Source: Felis catus | Taxonomy: Eukaryota | Direction: 5' to 3' | Assembly: GCF_018350175.1 (NCBI RefSeq) | Contig: NC_058368.1 | Coordinates: 124,312,001-124,376,000, forward strand | DNA length: 64,000 nt | Part shown: one piece after another, positions 41,901-55,555 of the stretch | Layout of the letters: every line of letters begins with the position of its first letter | Numbering within the stretch: the first letter of the stretch is position 1 | Notes under the pieces: model-generated | Database searches by the model: none | Told to the model about the DNA's origin: nothing | What the model saw: the letters and a program-made list of their open reading frames with translations, nothing else | Position numbers and translations under genes: made by a program

Positions 41901-44090
41901 TTTTTATTTCTTGTTTTGTAGTTGTTTCTGAAGATTTTCTCTGATCTTTTCTTGTCTTTCTCTCATGTTTTGCTGATTTTCTTTAGTGATATATTTGGAT
42001 TTGTTTCTCTTTATACTTTGTACGTTTATTAGTGGCTTTTGATATATGGTTTGATATATAGGTTTGTTTATAACCTCTTATGCATATTATATAGGAGTCT
42101 ATATTAATTTGATGGTCATTTAAGTTTAAATCCATTCTTTTCCCCTCTCCTCCCCCTTTTAGATATATGTATTATGTTTTACATCCTTTGTTTTTGTGAG
42201 TTTTTGACTTTTTTTTTTTACAGAAATATTCACTTACTGCTTTTGTGTTTCCTGCCTTTATACTGTCACTTGTGGTCTCTTTTTCATTTAGAGTCACCTT
42301 TAATATTTCTTGCAGGGCTTGTTTAGTGATCATGAAAGGTTTTGTTTGTCTCAGAAATGCTTTATCTCTTCTTCTGTTCTCAATGATAGCCTTGCTGGAT
42401 AGAGTATTGTTGGCTGCAGATTTTTCCCATTCAGCACTTTGAACATATTATGCCATTCCCTTCTGTCTTGCAAAGTTTCTGTTGAGAAATCTCCCATGAG
42501 CCTTTTGGGCTTTTCCATGTAGGTTACTGACTTCTTCTGTCTTGCTGCTTTTAAGATTTTTTCTTTATCACTATATTTTGTAAATGTTATCATACATCTT
42601 AGTTTGTTGATTTTGATGGGAATTCTCTATGCTTCCTAGATATAAATATCTCCTTTCTTCACTGATAAGGAAAGTTTTCAGCTATTATTTCTTCAAAGAA
42701 AATTTCTGCCCCCTTTTCTCTCTTCTTCTTCTGGGGCTCCTGTAATACAAATGCTACTATCTTTAATGGAGTCACTGAGTATTCTTATGATTATTGCTTT
42801 AAATTCTCTATCAGGCATTGTTACTTAAAAATGTTTCATTTAGATCTCTGGCTCTGGCCCTGTTCTGTTCTTTCAGTTGGGATGAATTTCTCTGTCTCCT
42901 CATTTTGTCTACCTCTCTGTGTCTGTTTCTGTGCCTTAAGAATGTCAGCTATGTCTTTTGTTATTGAAAGTAGTAACTTTATGAAAAGGAGGTCCTGGAG
43001 TGCCCTGCAGTGTAGTGTCCCCTGTTCATCAAGACCTGGCACTTCAGGAGAGTATCCTATGTGTGCTGCTTATGCCTTGCTATTGCATCTGAGTCACTTT
43101 TCTTTTCAGTACAGTTGTCTGCACTGACTCTGCCTGCTGTGGACTGTGCTAGCTCTCTGTGATGTTAGTGGACCCAGGCAGAGCAGCTCTGAGGGTGCAT
43201 GACCCCTGGGGAACTTGGGAGCAGGGTGGCAGTATTAGCAAAATTTGTGTTGGGCCACTAGGCCTATGCTGGATCACCTCAACTGCTGTGGTGGCTGCAA
43301 GCTCTGCACTACATGGCAGGGGGCGTGTGGCAGGGTGCTGTGCTGTTGCTGGGCGGGGCTCTAGATAGCAGTTGTTCACCTGGTGGCTGGGTGGGGCATG
43401 TGTGTACTTTTAACAAAATTTGCCTTGAGCCTGGGCCAAAGCTATAAATGTCTGTGCAGCCCCACCTACTCCAGGTGGCTCTGTGTTTATGCTGGGGGGC
43501 AGGGGAGGAAAATGGTGCCTGCAAGTCCCTCATTTTCAGAGAAGTCCCCCAGTGTGCTCAGAAATCAGTATGAACACATCTGTCTCCCATGTGTCCTGGT
43601 GTTATGTAAATTCCAGTTTTTTTGTTGTCTCTCCATGTAGTCCACTATCTCTTTAAGGGCAGAGACCCAGCTATCATTCACTCTCCCAGCTCACCCAGAG
43701 CTGAGTCAGCTGACTTTTAAAGCTCCAGGCTCCAAGTCCCACTGTTTTTAAAAACTCACAGAATTCAGCCCTTCTAGTTTTTGAAGAAAAAACATTATGG
43801 GTATCAGTCTTCCTCATGTGATCACCTTGGTGCAAGGGCCTGTTTCTCTGCCCTCTCTCCCTGCAGTGCACAACTCCCTCCCTCCTGCAGGTAGCTTCCT
43901 TCCCCCTTTCTGATCTTCCTAAACTTTCAGGTGCAGTTTCTTCTCTATATTTAGTTTTTAAATTTGTTCTGCCAGTCTTTGGATCATTCTCCAGTTTATT
44001 GACTTGGATATAGATGATATCTAGTTGTAAATGTGGGATGGGGTGAGCTCAGTTTCCTCATACTCCTCCATCTTCCCAAGCTCTCCTGCT
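38908..44090 (-). mobile_element. Near full-length decayed carnivore L1 (5'UTR-ORF1-ORF2-3'UTR-polyA) with internal deletions
   Basis: Poly-T at 38908-38922. ORF2 RT fragment ([39 protein letters not shown]) and endonuclease fragment (LDQMDLTDIFRTLHSKTAEYPFFSSAH). ORF1 fragment (DKEKILKAARQKK...LYPARLS). 5' end gggaagatggaggagta at ~44078. Probable TSD tttattcttt. A SINEC is inserted at ~41418-41637. Confidence 0.92.
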
Positions 44091-44094
44091 TGCT

Positions 44095-47000
44095 TTATTC
44101 TTTCTCAAAATTGATTTAACTATACTACTTCCTTTGCCTTTTTATATAAATTTTAGATAATTTTGTATATATCTACAAAAAATCTTGCTGGGGTTTGATA
44201 GAAATTGCATTAAATCTGCACATGAATTTGAAAAGCACTGCATATTTGCTATCTTCAGTCTTTTAATCCATGAGCATGGCATATCTCTCCATTTATTTAG
44301 ATCTCCTTTGATTTCTTTCATTGGCATTTTATAATTTCCAGTATACAAGTCTTACATGTATTTTGTTATATTCACACCTAACTATTCTTTGTTGAGTGAT
44401 TTTAAATAGCATTTTAATTTTAATTGTGGATTCCATGTGTTCATTTCTGGTATACAGGAATATAATTTGTTTTTCTGGATTGATTTTATATCTTGTGACC
44501 TGTATCCTGAACTCAGTTGTAGAAGTTTTTCTTGGTAGCCTCCTTAGTATTTTCTATGTGTAAAATCAAGCTGTGCAAAAAGAGACATTATTAGTTTTTC
44601 ATTTTAAATAGATATGCCTTTATTATCTTTTCTTGCCTTTTTGTACTGGCTAGAACTTTCACCACTATGCTGAATATAAGTAAGAGTGGACATTTTTGCT
44701 TTGTTCCTGATCTTAGGTGTAAAGCATTCAGACTTTTTTACCATTAGGTAAAATGTTAGCTCTAGGTTTTTGGTTTTTTTTGTTTTTGTTTTATAGATAC
44801 TCTATCAAATTGAGGAATTTCCCCTCTATTCCTATTTTTCTGAGAGTTTTTAATCATGAATGTATGTAAAATTTTGTCAAATACTTTTCTGCATTCATAG
44901 GTATAATTGTGTGATTTTTCTTTTTTAGCTGGTTAATATGGTGGATTACATTGATTGATTTTGAAATATTGAACCACACATCCCTACAACAAATCCCACT
45001 TGGTCATGGTATATAAATCTTGTTATATATTACTGAATTATATTTGCTAATATTTTACTAAGGCTTTCTTTATCGACATTCATGAGGAGGATTGGTCTTT
45101 AGGTTAATTTTTTACATCATCTTTTATATCATCTGGTTTTAATATCAGGGTAATACTAGCTTTATAAATATAACTGAAAAGAGTTTCCTTCCCATATTTT
45201 CTGGGAGAGATTATTTACAATTGGTGTTAACTATTATTTAAAACTTTGTAGGAGTTTCTAGGGAAACTATCTAGGCCCAAACATTTCTTTTTCTGGGAAT
45301 TTAAAAATAATGAATGTACTTTCCTTAATATTTGTAGAGGCATTCAAATAGTCTATTTTCTATTGGATAAGTTGTGGCAGCTTATCTTTATGGAGGAATC
45401 TACCCATTTAATCTAAATAGTTAAATATATGGGTGTAGAGGTTTTGTTTGTTTGTTTGTTTTTTGTAATTCCTTTTTATTGGTTAGATGTCTGCAGGGTC
45501 TATAGTGATATCTTTGGTTTCACTCCTGACAGTGGTCATTTGTGACTTCTTTCATTTTTTGTCTGTTTTTTATTGCTAGAATTTTGTCAATTTTATTGAT
45601 CTTTTCAAAGAATCAGTTCCTTGCTTCAGTGATTTTCTTTACTGTTGTCTATTTTCAATTATCCTTATTTCTATTCTTTCTTTATTAGTTCTTTCCTTTG
45701 GGTTTATTTTGTTCTTTTTTTAAGTTCTTGGGGTAAGAACTTACATTATTGACTGATATTTTTCCTCTTTTCTAATGAATGTATTTAGTGTCATACATTT
45801 CCTTCAGCATTGCTTTGCCTGTGTCACACAAATTCTAAGATATATTTTCACTTCCACTCATAGGCAGGACAAGCTAGGATTGAACCCAGTCTGGCTCTTG
45901 CACTTATCACACAAGTAGTATCAAACATTTGTCTCTCCTCATTTCCCATTATTAGCCATGAAGCAGATGTACAAGTAAATCTCCTTTAAAAAGAAACAAG
46001 CAAACAAATAAACAAAAAAAACTACTATTGATAAGTTAGGGACAACTACTCACTTTACAAAACATTTTGCTGTCATGATAAGGGATTCTCAAGCTCTTCA
46101 TGGGACAGGTACACTGGTTAAAAATCATTAATGACACAAGTACTAAGACAGAAAAAGCAATGATAGAACTTTTTATTATGGGGTGCCTGGGTGGCAGTCG
46201 GTTGAGCATCTGTCTTTGGCTCAGGTCATGATCTCACGGTTTATGAGTTGGAGCCCTGCACTGGGCTCTCCGCTGTCAGCACAGAGCCCACTTTGGATCC
46301 TCTGTCTCCCTCTCTCTCTGCTCCTTCCCCACTTGCACTCTCTCTCAAAAATAAATAAACATTAAAAAAAAAAAAAAACCCAAACACTTTTGTTATAGTC
46401 CCACAAGTCCCTGATGCTCTTTTTTTTTTTTTTTTTTTTTTTTTGGCCTATTTTCTTTTAGTTGTTCAGATTGGCTCATTTCTATCATTCTATTTTTAAG
46501 TTTGTTGATCCTTTCCCTCTGCTTCCTCACTCTGCTGCTGAGTTTATTTACGGAGTTTTTAATTGTGATTATTGTATTTTTCAGTTTAAAAATTTTCCAT
46601 TTAGTTCTTCTTTATATCATCTATTTCTTTGTTTAAGCTTCCTATTTCTTCATTTGTTTCAAGCATGTTTGTAATTGTTCATTGAAGTTTTTTTTTTTTT
46701 CATGACCTCTTCAAAATCTGTCAGGTAATTCTAACATCTATTATCTCAGTTTTGTATCTATTGGTTATCTTTTTTCATTCAGTTTGAGATCTTCCTGTTT
46801 CTTGATATAACAAATTGTTTTTTATTGAAATCTGGACATTTGGGATATTGTGTTGAGTTGCTTAATTTTACTTAAACCCTCTATTTTAGCTGGCTTTCCC
46901 TGACAATGCTCCAAAGGGGGAGAAGGTATGTACTTGTGACCTCACTATTGCCAGGTCCAAGTTCCCTATTTAGCTTCCATTGATATTTGAGGGAGAAGAT

Positions 47001-47248
47001 TCTTCATTACTGGGTGGGAGTACTGGCAACTAGGGGGAGGGAGGCTCACTAGTTGGGGTGGAGGTCCAAGATCTCTACTAGGTCTTTGCTGGAATAATGA
47101 GCTTAAAGCCACAGGTTCTCATTTGTCTGTTTTTTGTGTGATGTTTGGTTGGAGTAGACTCATTACTGTCTACAAGTTTTCTGTGTTGCTATGTGGTCCC
47201 TTTCCTGGTTCTTTGGCTAGAGGGCAGGCTTTTTTGGGGGCTTTGTTT

Positions 47249-47280
<32 letters not shown>

Positions 47281-47540
47281 TTTTTTTGGTCTGTGACTGT
47301 TGGCCCTTCTGAGCTGTTGGATTCTTCAACTCCAAGCTGGGATATAAGAGGCAAAAAAGAAAACCCAAGAAACTTACCACAGTGTTACTCCTTGGGTCAC
47401 ATGGTCCCAGCCAATCTGTCATTTTCTCTCCACCTTCGGGAGTGTTCTTATGTTTATATTATATACAACATCCAGGATTTTTAGTTATATTTAGCAGGAG
47501 GAATGGAGAAACAAGTACATCTACTCCATCTTCTGAGAAG
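44095..47540 (-). mobile_element. Older L1M fragments that host the carnivore L1 (also 38675-38905), with a SINEC at 46179-46378 (+)
   Basis: ORF2 remnant EIKGDLNKWRDMPCSWIKRLKI. The sequence continues the 38675-38905 fragment across the younger insertion. Confidence 0.8.
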
Positions 47541-47868
47541 CAGGTCTTTGCTTCTGGCTTTAATAGTCATACTTTCCCAACATCCACTGCTACCAAAAAT
47601 AGCCCTCTTTCTATATTCCTTTTTTAACTACTTGGTGTATCTAATTTAGTCATTCATACAAATAAGTTGCAAATAAATCTAAATCAACTAGATTCCTTGC
47701 ATGAAGTGGTGTAAAAAAATTTGAAAGATTTGTGTCCAAGACTATCATTTAAAGACAAGCCACTCCTTGTCCCTCCAGTACCCAATGGCCTGTTAGATGT
47801 AATTTTAACAGTGCTCACCTCTGAAGACCATCTCTAAAAGAATAGAGAAGAACATTCTGCAGGCTTCA

Positions 47869-48036
<168 letters not shown>

Positions 48037-51000
48037 TTAGTGTGTGCAGCAAATTCACTGAAAGAATAACAACACCCACAACATCGCACATACAAGTGAT
48101 TCATGAAAACTTCTTTAATGAATCTGAGCAGGAGGCTGAGTCATCCTCTTATAAGCAACCTCAATGCTTCTGAAGAAAGGTGGACCCCTGTGGGTCATGT
48201 TGTAACATTACCATATATTGGGAAGGAGTCTGAGGGATTAGATGTCCTCTGAGATTTTGTGACTCTTTCTAGGCCTTCAGGCTTCTCAAAATCAGTGAGA
48301 CTAGAAAGGAAAATGGGACCCTCATGTTGGTTCTAGGCTCCCCTCTGATCTGAAACATGATAAATTTGTTAAACTCAGTGAATCAGTTTACCTACCTCTG
48401 ATAGAGATATTGCATTATTTTCTGTTCTTCTGACATCCTCTCCACTCTATTCCCCTCAGCTGTGTTCCCTGAGGGCTGATGCTTGCTGACTACTTCACCC
48501 AGGTACCCTCCCTCTTTGGCTTGCCCATAGGAGACACTGGCAAGAGACTGGTAGGGAGAAGGGAAAGAGGTAGGGAATTTCTTTCTGCCTTTCCCTGGTG
48601 TAGTGTCTAATAGTAGCTGCTGCTCTCCCACCAGGATGTTCCTCCTCCCCAGAACCAGCTCTTACTGTGCTCCCTTTGGTAATAAACACCATTCTCGCCA
48701 CCCTGCCGCATCTCTGCTGCAAACTTCTTCATTTGAACCAGCTGGGGTTACATGACATGCTGTTTCCAGAAAGAAGAGACCTGTATGCAATTGCTTTGAA
48801 TTTGGTAGCCACCTGTACTATACCTTTGTGCAAGACTAAACCAATTGAACCAACTAATAGTACTGCCAAAAGTGACAACAGAACTGTGGGTCAAGTGACC
48901 CTAGGGGAGCACCGTAAGGGCTGGGAGCTTTAGTGAGGTGCTATGCAGAGTCCTTCTACTTTTACAATTCCCCCCCATACATAGCCATTATTCAGGGAAA
49001 ATATATGTAAGAAAAGTTTTTTTAATTGTGTTTTTTCTATGAATGTGGACATTGCACCAGAAATACTTTACAGTTCTAATATATCTTTAGTTGGCAGGGA
49101 TCCTAACCTATTGGCTGGGTTTCTCTGCCCCAGTACTTCTGGGAAGTGATTAGTGATTTTTTAACCAGTTGACCTGTCCCAGATGGAGCTTGTTATTGCA
49201 AATGGTTCACTTACCACAACAAGCTGCTTTGTAAAGTGAGTGGTTCCCTAATTTATCCACAGTAAATTTGTTGTAGGTGGTGGTGTTTTTAAAGCAGGCT
49301 CACCTGCGCATTTGCCTGGGGGCTGGAAATAGGAGATGAGAGATGTCAGGGTCAAATGTCCCCTCTGCTATAAGAACTCTGCAGCCACACACCTTGGGTT
49401 CAAGTCCTGGTTTTTACTAACTAGCTCTGTGAATTTGGGAAATTACCTGCTCTGGGCCTGTTTCCTTGTTTCTAAAATGGAGATGATGATGATGATGACG
49501 ATGACAACTACCTATGTCATAAAGTTGTTGTCAGGAATAAGTGAATTAATACTTAATCCTATGTGCTTTTAGAACAGAGAATAGCATGTAGTAGACACTA
49601 TATATACTTTGCTACTACTACTTTTGTTTTGTGCATGTGTGTGTTTGTGTTTAGGAAATATGAGAAATCTGGAGCAAATAGAGAAGAAGGCCTCTTTTTG
49701 ATGATGGCTAGATCAAGAATTCATACTTTGCACAGAACATTTACTCTGCTGGAAGCCCTCCTAGGAGTCTAGGAATTTTTTAAAGGTTGATAATGATGTC
49801 TTTGGGCCCCAAAATAGGGCTCACACTTAAGGACAATGATGGGCCTGGTATCTGGTTATATGACCACATCCAAAGATGCTGGTAATGTCACCTCAGAAAG
49901 AAGATCTTGGTGTTGGGCTGTGAAGCTCTGTGTTAACAGCATGTTTACATTTTATATAACATGTTTATAATACATATATACACATGATTATAATATGTTC
50001 AATATTGAGCGCAATCAAATCTGTAAGGCACATTCATCACGCTGTTGAGCATATACAGTTGAGACAAACAAGGAATTCACTGCTTGATAGAATTAGAATC
50101 CCCAAAATAACTTTCCAAGAGGATTCTAATAAGATTGTATTTAATAGGAATAAATACAGGGCAATGTATCCTAGTTTTAAAACACTCAGTTGGACTTACT
50201 GAAGGGTAGCTGACTTTAGTTATTGTTGCTCAAAACCCCCTCAGCATACAGGTGACCTTAACCTGAGCATTCTCTAGGGATCAGCTCTTCTCCACTTTTG
50301 GACCATGGGCTGATTCAGTGGAGTTGACAACATCCCTGGTCAGGGGCAGAACACATGACCTGGAAATAAGCCACTCAGCACCAGCATTATCTGGCCACAG
50401 AGATTGGTTCAGGAACGTGACCCAATCAGAGGCCATGAATGGCAATATGCTTTGATCAGAATTGCTGGGAGCAATACTGTTGCTTTATTCCACCACCCAT
50501 GAACTTGGGAGAGACTGGGAGGCATCTTATGGGTATAGAGACTAAGAATAAAGAAAACACAAGGAGCAAAGCAGAGTTCTACAAAAAGAAGGAAATAATT
50601 GAGACCTGGTGACATCATTTGAACTCCTGAATCAAGCCACACTTCAAGGCCCCACCATTAAATTTAAGTGTGCCAATAAATTCTTTTTTTGTTTGTCAGT
50701 TTGCATAGTTTGTGTATTTGCTTTTTCCTTTTAATCACTGAAAGAGTTCTAAGAGCTAAAAAGGTTTTAGCAGTGGCACATCAGTTAAGAACTTAGGGGT
50801 TTAGCTTCGTAGTTTGCTTTGTAGGAATGAACAGTGTGATGAACTAGTAGGAGCTTTGGCTGTATTATTAATCATTTAGCAAACAGATTGAAGGAGGTGA
50901 TAGGCTTTTCTGTTCTTAACTGGTCAGTGTTATGTTGAGGTCTATGGCCTGTGTGTGGATTAAATGGGCTATTGGTGGTTGGAGAACATTCAGAGTGACC

Positions 51001-51119
51001 AGAATGGGGTATGTATGGATTTCATTCATGTCACTTGAGGAACAATTGAAGAAATAGATGTCTTTACACCAGAGATTATTCCATTGGGTCATGATAGCAG
51101 CCTTCAGATATTTGAAGAT

Positions 51120-51197
51120 TTTTTTTAAGTAAAAAATTGTGGTGAAAAATATGTAACAAAAAATTTACCATTTCAATGTTTTTTGTTTGTTTCTTTT

Positions 51198-51230
<33 letters not shown>

Positions 51231-53226
51231 GGAGAGAGAGAAGGAGAGAAGCGGAGCTTACCTGATGTGGGACTCGAATTCAGAACAGTGAAATCATGAC
51301 TGAGTCAATATCAGATGCTCAACTGACGGAGCCACCCAGGTACCCTCCATTTCAACCCTTTTTAAGTGTGCAGTTCAGGGGCATTATGTACATTCACAGT
51401 GTTGTGCAACCATCACCATCAATCATTTCCAGAACTCTTTTCATCTTCCAGAATTCAAACTCTGTACCCATTAAAATAGTAACTCCTGACTCATCTCTCA
51501 TACCAGCCCCTGTAAACTACCATTCCACTTTTACCATTCACTTTCTGTGAATGTGACTACTCTAGGAATCTCATACAAGTGGAATTGACAGTGTTTGTGC
51601 TTTTGTGACTCGCTTATTTTACTTAGCATAATGTCCCAAGGTTGATCCATGTTGTAGCATGTGTCATAATTTCCTTCTTTTTCAAGGTTGAATAATATTC
51701 TATGTTTAGACCACATGTAGTTTATTGATTTATCCACTGATGGATATTTGGGCTATTTGTACCTTTTGGCTATTGCAAATAATGTTATCATGAATATGCT
51801 TATTCAAATATCTCTTTGAAACCCTGATTTCAATTCTTTTGGGTATAAACTTAAAAGTGGAGTTGCTGGATCATATGATAATTTTATTAAACAATTTTTA
51901 AGAACCATCATAATGTTTCCCACAGTGGCTGCACCATTTTATATTCCTGCCAACAACACAGAAGGTTTCTAATATTCCTATGATCTTACTGACACTTGTT
52001 ATTTCCTGTTATCGTTTGATGTGTTTGTTTTAATAGTACATAGTCTAATGGTTGTGAGGTGATATCTCATGATTTTGATTTGCATATCCCAATTATTAGT
52101 CATTTTGAATATCTTTTCATGTACTTATTGGCTATCTGTATATCTTCCTTGGAGAAATATCTCCTTAAGTCCTTTGTCCATTTTTTAATCAGGTTGTTTG
52201 TGTTTTGGTGTTAAGTTATAAAAATTCTTTATACATTCTGGATATTAACCCCTTATCAATTTATGATTTACATATATTTTCTCTCATTCTGTGGATTGCC
52301 TTTTCATTCTGCTGATCATATCCCTTGATGCGCAAAACCTTTTAACTCTGATGTAGTTCAACTTGTCTACTTTTTCTTCTGTTGTCTATACATATGTCAT
52401 CATATCCAAGAAATCACTGTCAAATTTAATGTCACAGAGCTTTTCCCCTATAACTTCTTCTAAGATTTTTATAGTTTTAGGTCTTATGTTTGTATCTTTC
52501 ATCGATTTTGAGTTAATTTTTGTATATGGTGTTAAGGTAAGGGTCTGATTTTTCTTCTTTTACATATGACTATCCAATTGTTCCAGCACTATTCTTCCCC
52601 ATTGAATGGTCATGGCACCCTTGTTGAAAATCAGTTGATTTATATGTCTGGGGTTATTTTTAGGCTCACAGTTCTGTTACATGGATCTATATGCCTGACT
52701 TTATGTTAGTACTACAGAGTTTTGATTACTGTAGCTTTGTAGTATATTTTGAAATCTGGAAGTGTTGAAACCTCCAACTTTATTTTTCTTTTGTAAGATT
52801 ATTTTGGCTGTTTGGGACTCCTTGAGATTCCACATGGCTTTTTAGGATTGATTTTTCTGTTTCTACAAAAATAGAAAAAAAAATTTGACTGAAGGTCACA
52901 AAACCATTTATATGCAGATCTATGTAAACAATAAATTCTTCTTTCTCTTCTTTCTTATCTAATATTTATTTTTCTATCTAGTATAATTGGAATTTTGATC
53001 AAGATTACATTGAATCTGTGGATTTATTTGGGTAGCACTGACATCTCAACAATATTATCTTCTAATCCATGAAATGCAAGATGTCTTCCCATTTATTAGT
53101 GTCTTCTTTAATTCCTTTCAGCAATGTTTTGTAGTTTTCAGTGTGTAAGTCTTTAGCATCCTTGGTTAAGTGTATTCCTAAATATTTTATTTTATTTTTT
53201 GATGCTGTTGTAAATAGAGTTGTTTT
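51120..53226 (-). mobile_element. L1MA/L1MB-type 3' fragment with a SINEC at ~51176-51346
   Basis: 3'UTR motifs (cattcacagtgttgtgcaaccatcacc; gtggctgcaccattttatattcc) and an ORF2 C-terminal remnant. The SINE has TSD ccatttcaa. Confidence 0.85.
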
Positions 53227-53235
53227 TCAAACAAG

Positions 53236-53604
53236 TTTTTTTTTTTTTTTAATTTACATCCAAATTACTTAGCATATAGTGCAGCAATGATTTCAGGAGT
53301 AGATTCCTTAATGCCCCTTATCCATTTAGCCCTTCCCCCCTCCCACAACCCCTCCAGTAACCCTCTGTTTGTTCTCCATATTTATGAGTCTCTTATGATT
53401 TGTCCCCCTCCCTGTTCTTATATTATTTTTGTTTCCCTTCCCTTATGTTCATCTGTTTTGTCTCTTAAAGTCCTCATTTGAGTGAAGTCATATGATATTT
53501 ATCTTTCTCTGACTAATTTCACTTAGCATAATACCCTCCAGTTCCATCCACGTAGTTGCAAATGGCAAGATTTCATTCTTTTTGATTGCCGACTAACACT
53601 CCAT

Positions 53605-53643
<39 letters not shown>

Positions 53644-53881
53644 CACATCTTCTTTATCCATTCATCCATCGATGGACATTTGGGCTCTTTCCATACTTTG
53701 GCTATGGTTGATAGTGCTGCTATAAACATTGGGGTGCATTTGCCCTTCAAAACAGCACACCTGTATCCCTTGGATAAATACCTCATAGTGCAATTGCTAG
53801 GTCGTAGGGTAGTTCTAGTTTTAATTTTTTGAGGAACCTCCATACTGTTTTCCAGAGTGGCTGCACCAGCTTGCATTCCCA
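53236..53881 (-). mobile_element. 5'-truncated young felid/carnivore L1 3' end, containing (TA)n at 53609-53641
   Basis: ORF2 C-terminus CTPMFIAALSTIAKVWKEPKCPSMDEWIKKM, a poly-T tail and TSD tcaaacaagttttt. Confidence 0.92.
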
Positions 53882-54964
53882 TCAAACAAGTTTTTAAGCA
53901 AAGAATTTTATGGTTAAATTGTTTCATGGAACCCCAGCAGTTAGAAATAGCAGTGAGTGACAATGACAGAGAAAAGGGTATTTTAAATGTTAAAGCACTG
54001 TAAAAATATTATGGGCCACCTCAAGAGGTAGTGAGTTTTCTGACATTGAAGATGGCCAATGCTGGCTAGATAGCCACCAAAGAAGTGTACTGTAGAAGGA
54101 ATTCAGCAGCATGAGGCATAGCACAAGGGAACAAGAAGATGTATGAGGCAGAAGAAAGCCTATTTCAGAGTTCCTTCTAGCCTTGAGTTGTCATACTCAA
54201 CCACTGAGCCATTAAGAAACAGGAAATGAAGGGGTTTCTGCAGAGGATGTGTAGAAATAGTCAATTTAAGTTGTGGTCAATGAAAATAATTAGCTGTAAA
54301 CTTAAGACTATACAAAGAATTCCTGTGAAAATGAGAAAGGGTGATGTAGAAATAAAATAGTAAGTATAAGGAGAAGGATGAATGATGGTCCTTAATGAAT
54401 CTAAAAGAGAAGGAATTTTTTTTCTACTGAAGGTCACAAAACCATTTATATGCAGCAATACATGAACTCTTTCTTCTTTCCTTCCTTCTTGGCTTACCTG
54501 TCTATTGATGTATCTATCATCTACCTATTTGTCTACCTAGTATTATCTAACTACATCCAGCCCATGGTTTGAATGGGTCTTGCATCTCTAATTGTGTGAA
54601 AGTAAAACAGACAGACTTATGTATGGGTGCATAAAGAGAAATTCCAGAATTCACACAGAGGGGGAGAGACTGAAAGTAGATAAAATGGAAAAGAGACAAA
54701 TAGGAAGAAAGAAGCGTGTGAATAGATGTAGATTATGTTTTATAAAAATGATATTGTTGTATATGTATAAACATGAAATATGGAAGATTGGAAGAATATG
54801 CATCAAAAAGACAACAGAGATCATTTCTTGGATGTTCTTTAGAAATTTCTGTATTTTCCAAATTCTCTAGATGAGTTTATGTTTTTAAAAATTATTGAAG
54901 TAAGTCAAGTCTTTTCCTTAACGGCTGAGGGGTATGTCTTATAAGCTTTACACGTGCTACTACT

Positions 54965-55168
54965 GGGGCACCTGGGTGGCTCAGTCAATTAAGCATCTGA
55001 CTTTGGCTTAGGTCAGTATCTCACTGCTCATGAGTTCGAGCTCCGTGTTGGGCTCTGTGCTTACAGCTTGCAGCTCTGAGCCTGCTTTGGATTCTGTATC
55101 TCTGCCTCTCCCCACTCACTTGCTCAAGTGTTCTCTCTCTGTCAAATATAAACAAACATTAAAAAAAT
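54965..55168 (+). mobile_element. SINEC
   Basis: Head ggggcacctgggtggctcag and an A-rich tail. Confidence 0.88.
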
Positions 55169-55333
55169 ACTTTAATAACATGATATTACTAAATGGGTAA
55201 ACAGAGCCTAGTTATGTCTATAACTGAGAAAACAAGTCCTGGATATTTGACAAAGTACTGAAAAAGAAAAAATATATATGTCTTTTTCTAATTCTGCCCT
55301 TTACAAATACCCTAGATTAAAAAAAACAGGTAT

Positions 55334-55514
55334 GGGGCACCCGGGTGCAGTTGGTTAAGCGTCTGAATTCAGCTCAGGTCATGATCTCATAGTTTGTGAG
55401 TTTGAGCCCCACATGGGACTCCGCACTGGCAGTGCGGAGAATGCTTGGGATTCTTGCTCTCTCCCCTCTCTCACGGTCCCTTCCCTGCCTGTGCTCAATC
55501 TCTCTCTCTCAAAA

Positions 55515-55553
<39 letters not shown>

Positions 55554-55555
55554 AA
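55334..55555 (+). mobile_element. SINEC with an expanded (AAAT)n tail
   Basis: SINE body followed by ~10 AAAT units. Confidence 0.88.

Noticed and set aside
39595..42593. Reverse transcriptase, endonuclease and ORF1 peptide fragments as an active element
   Set aside because: Multiple stops and frameshifts, a SINE insertion and deletions show this is a dead L1.
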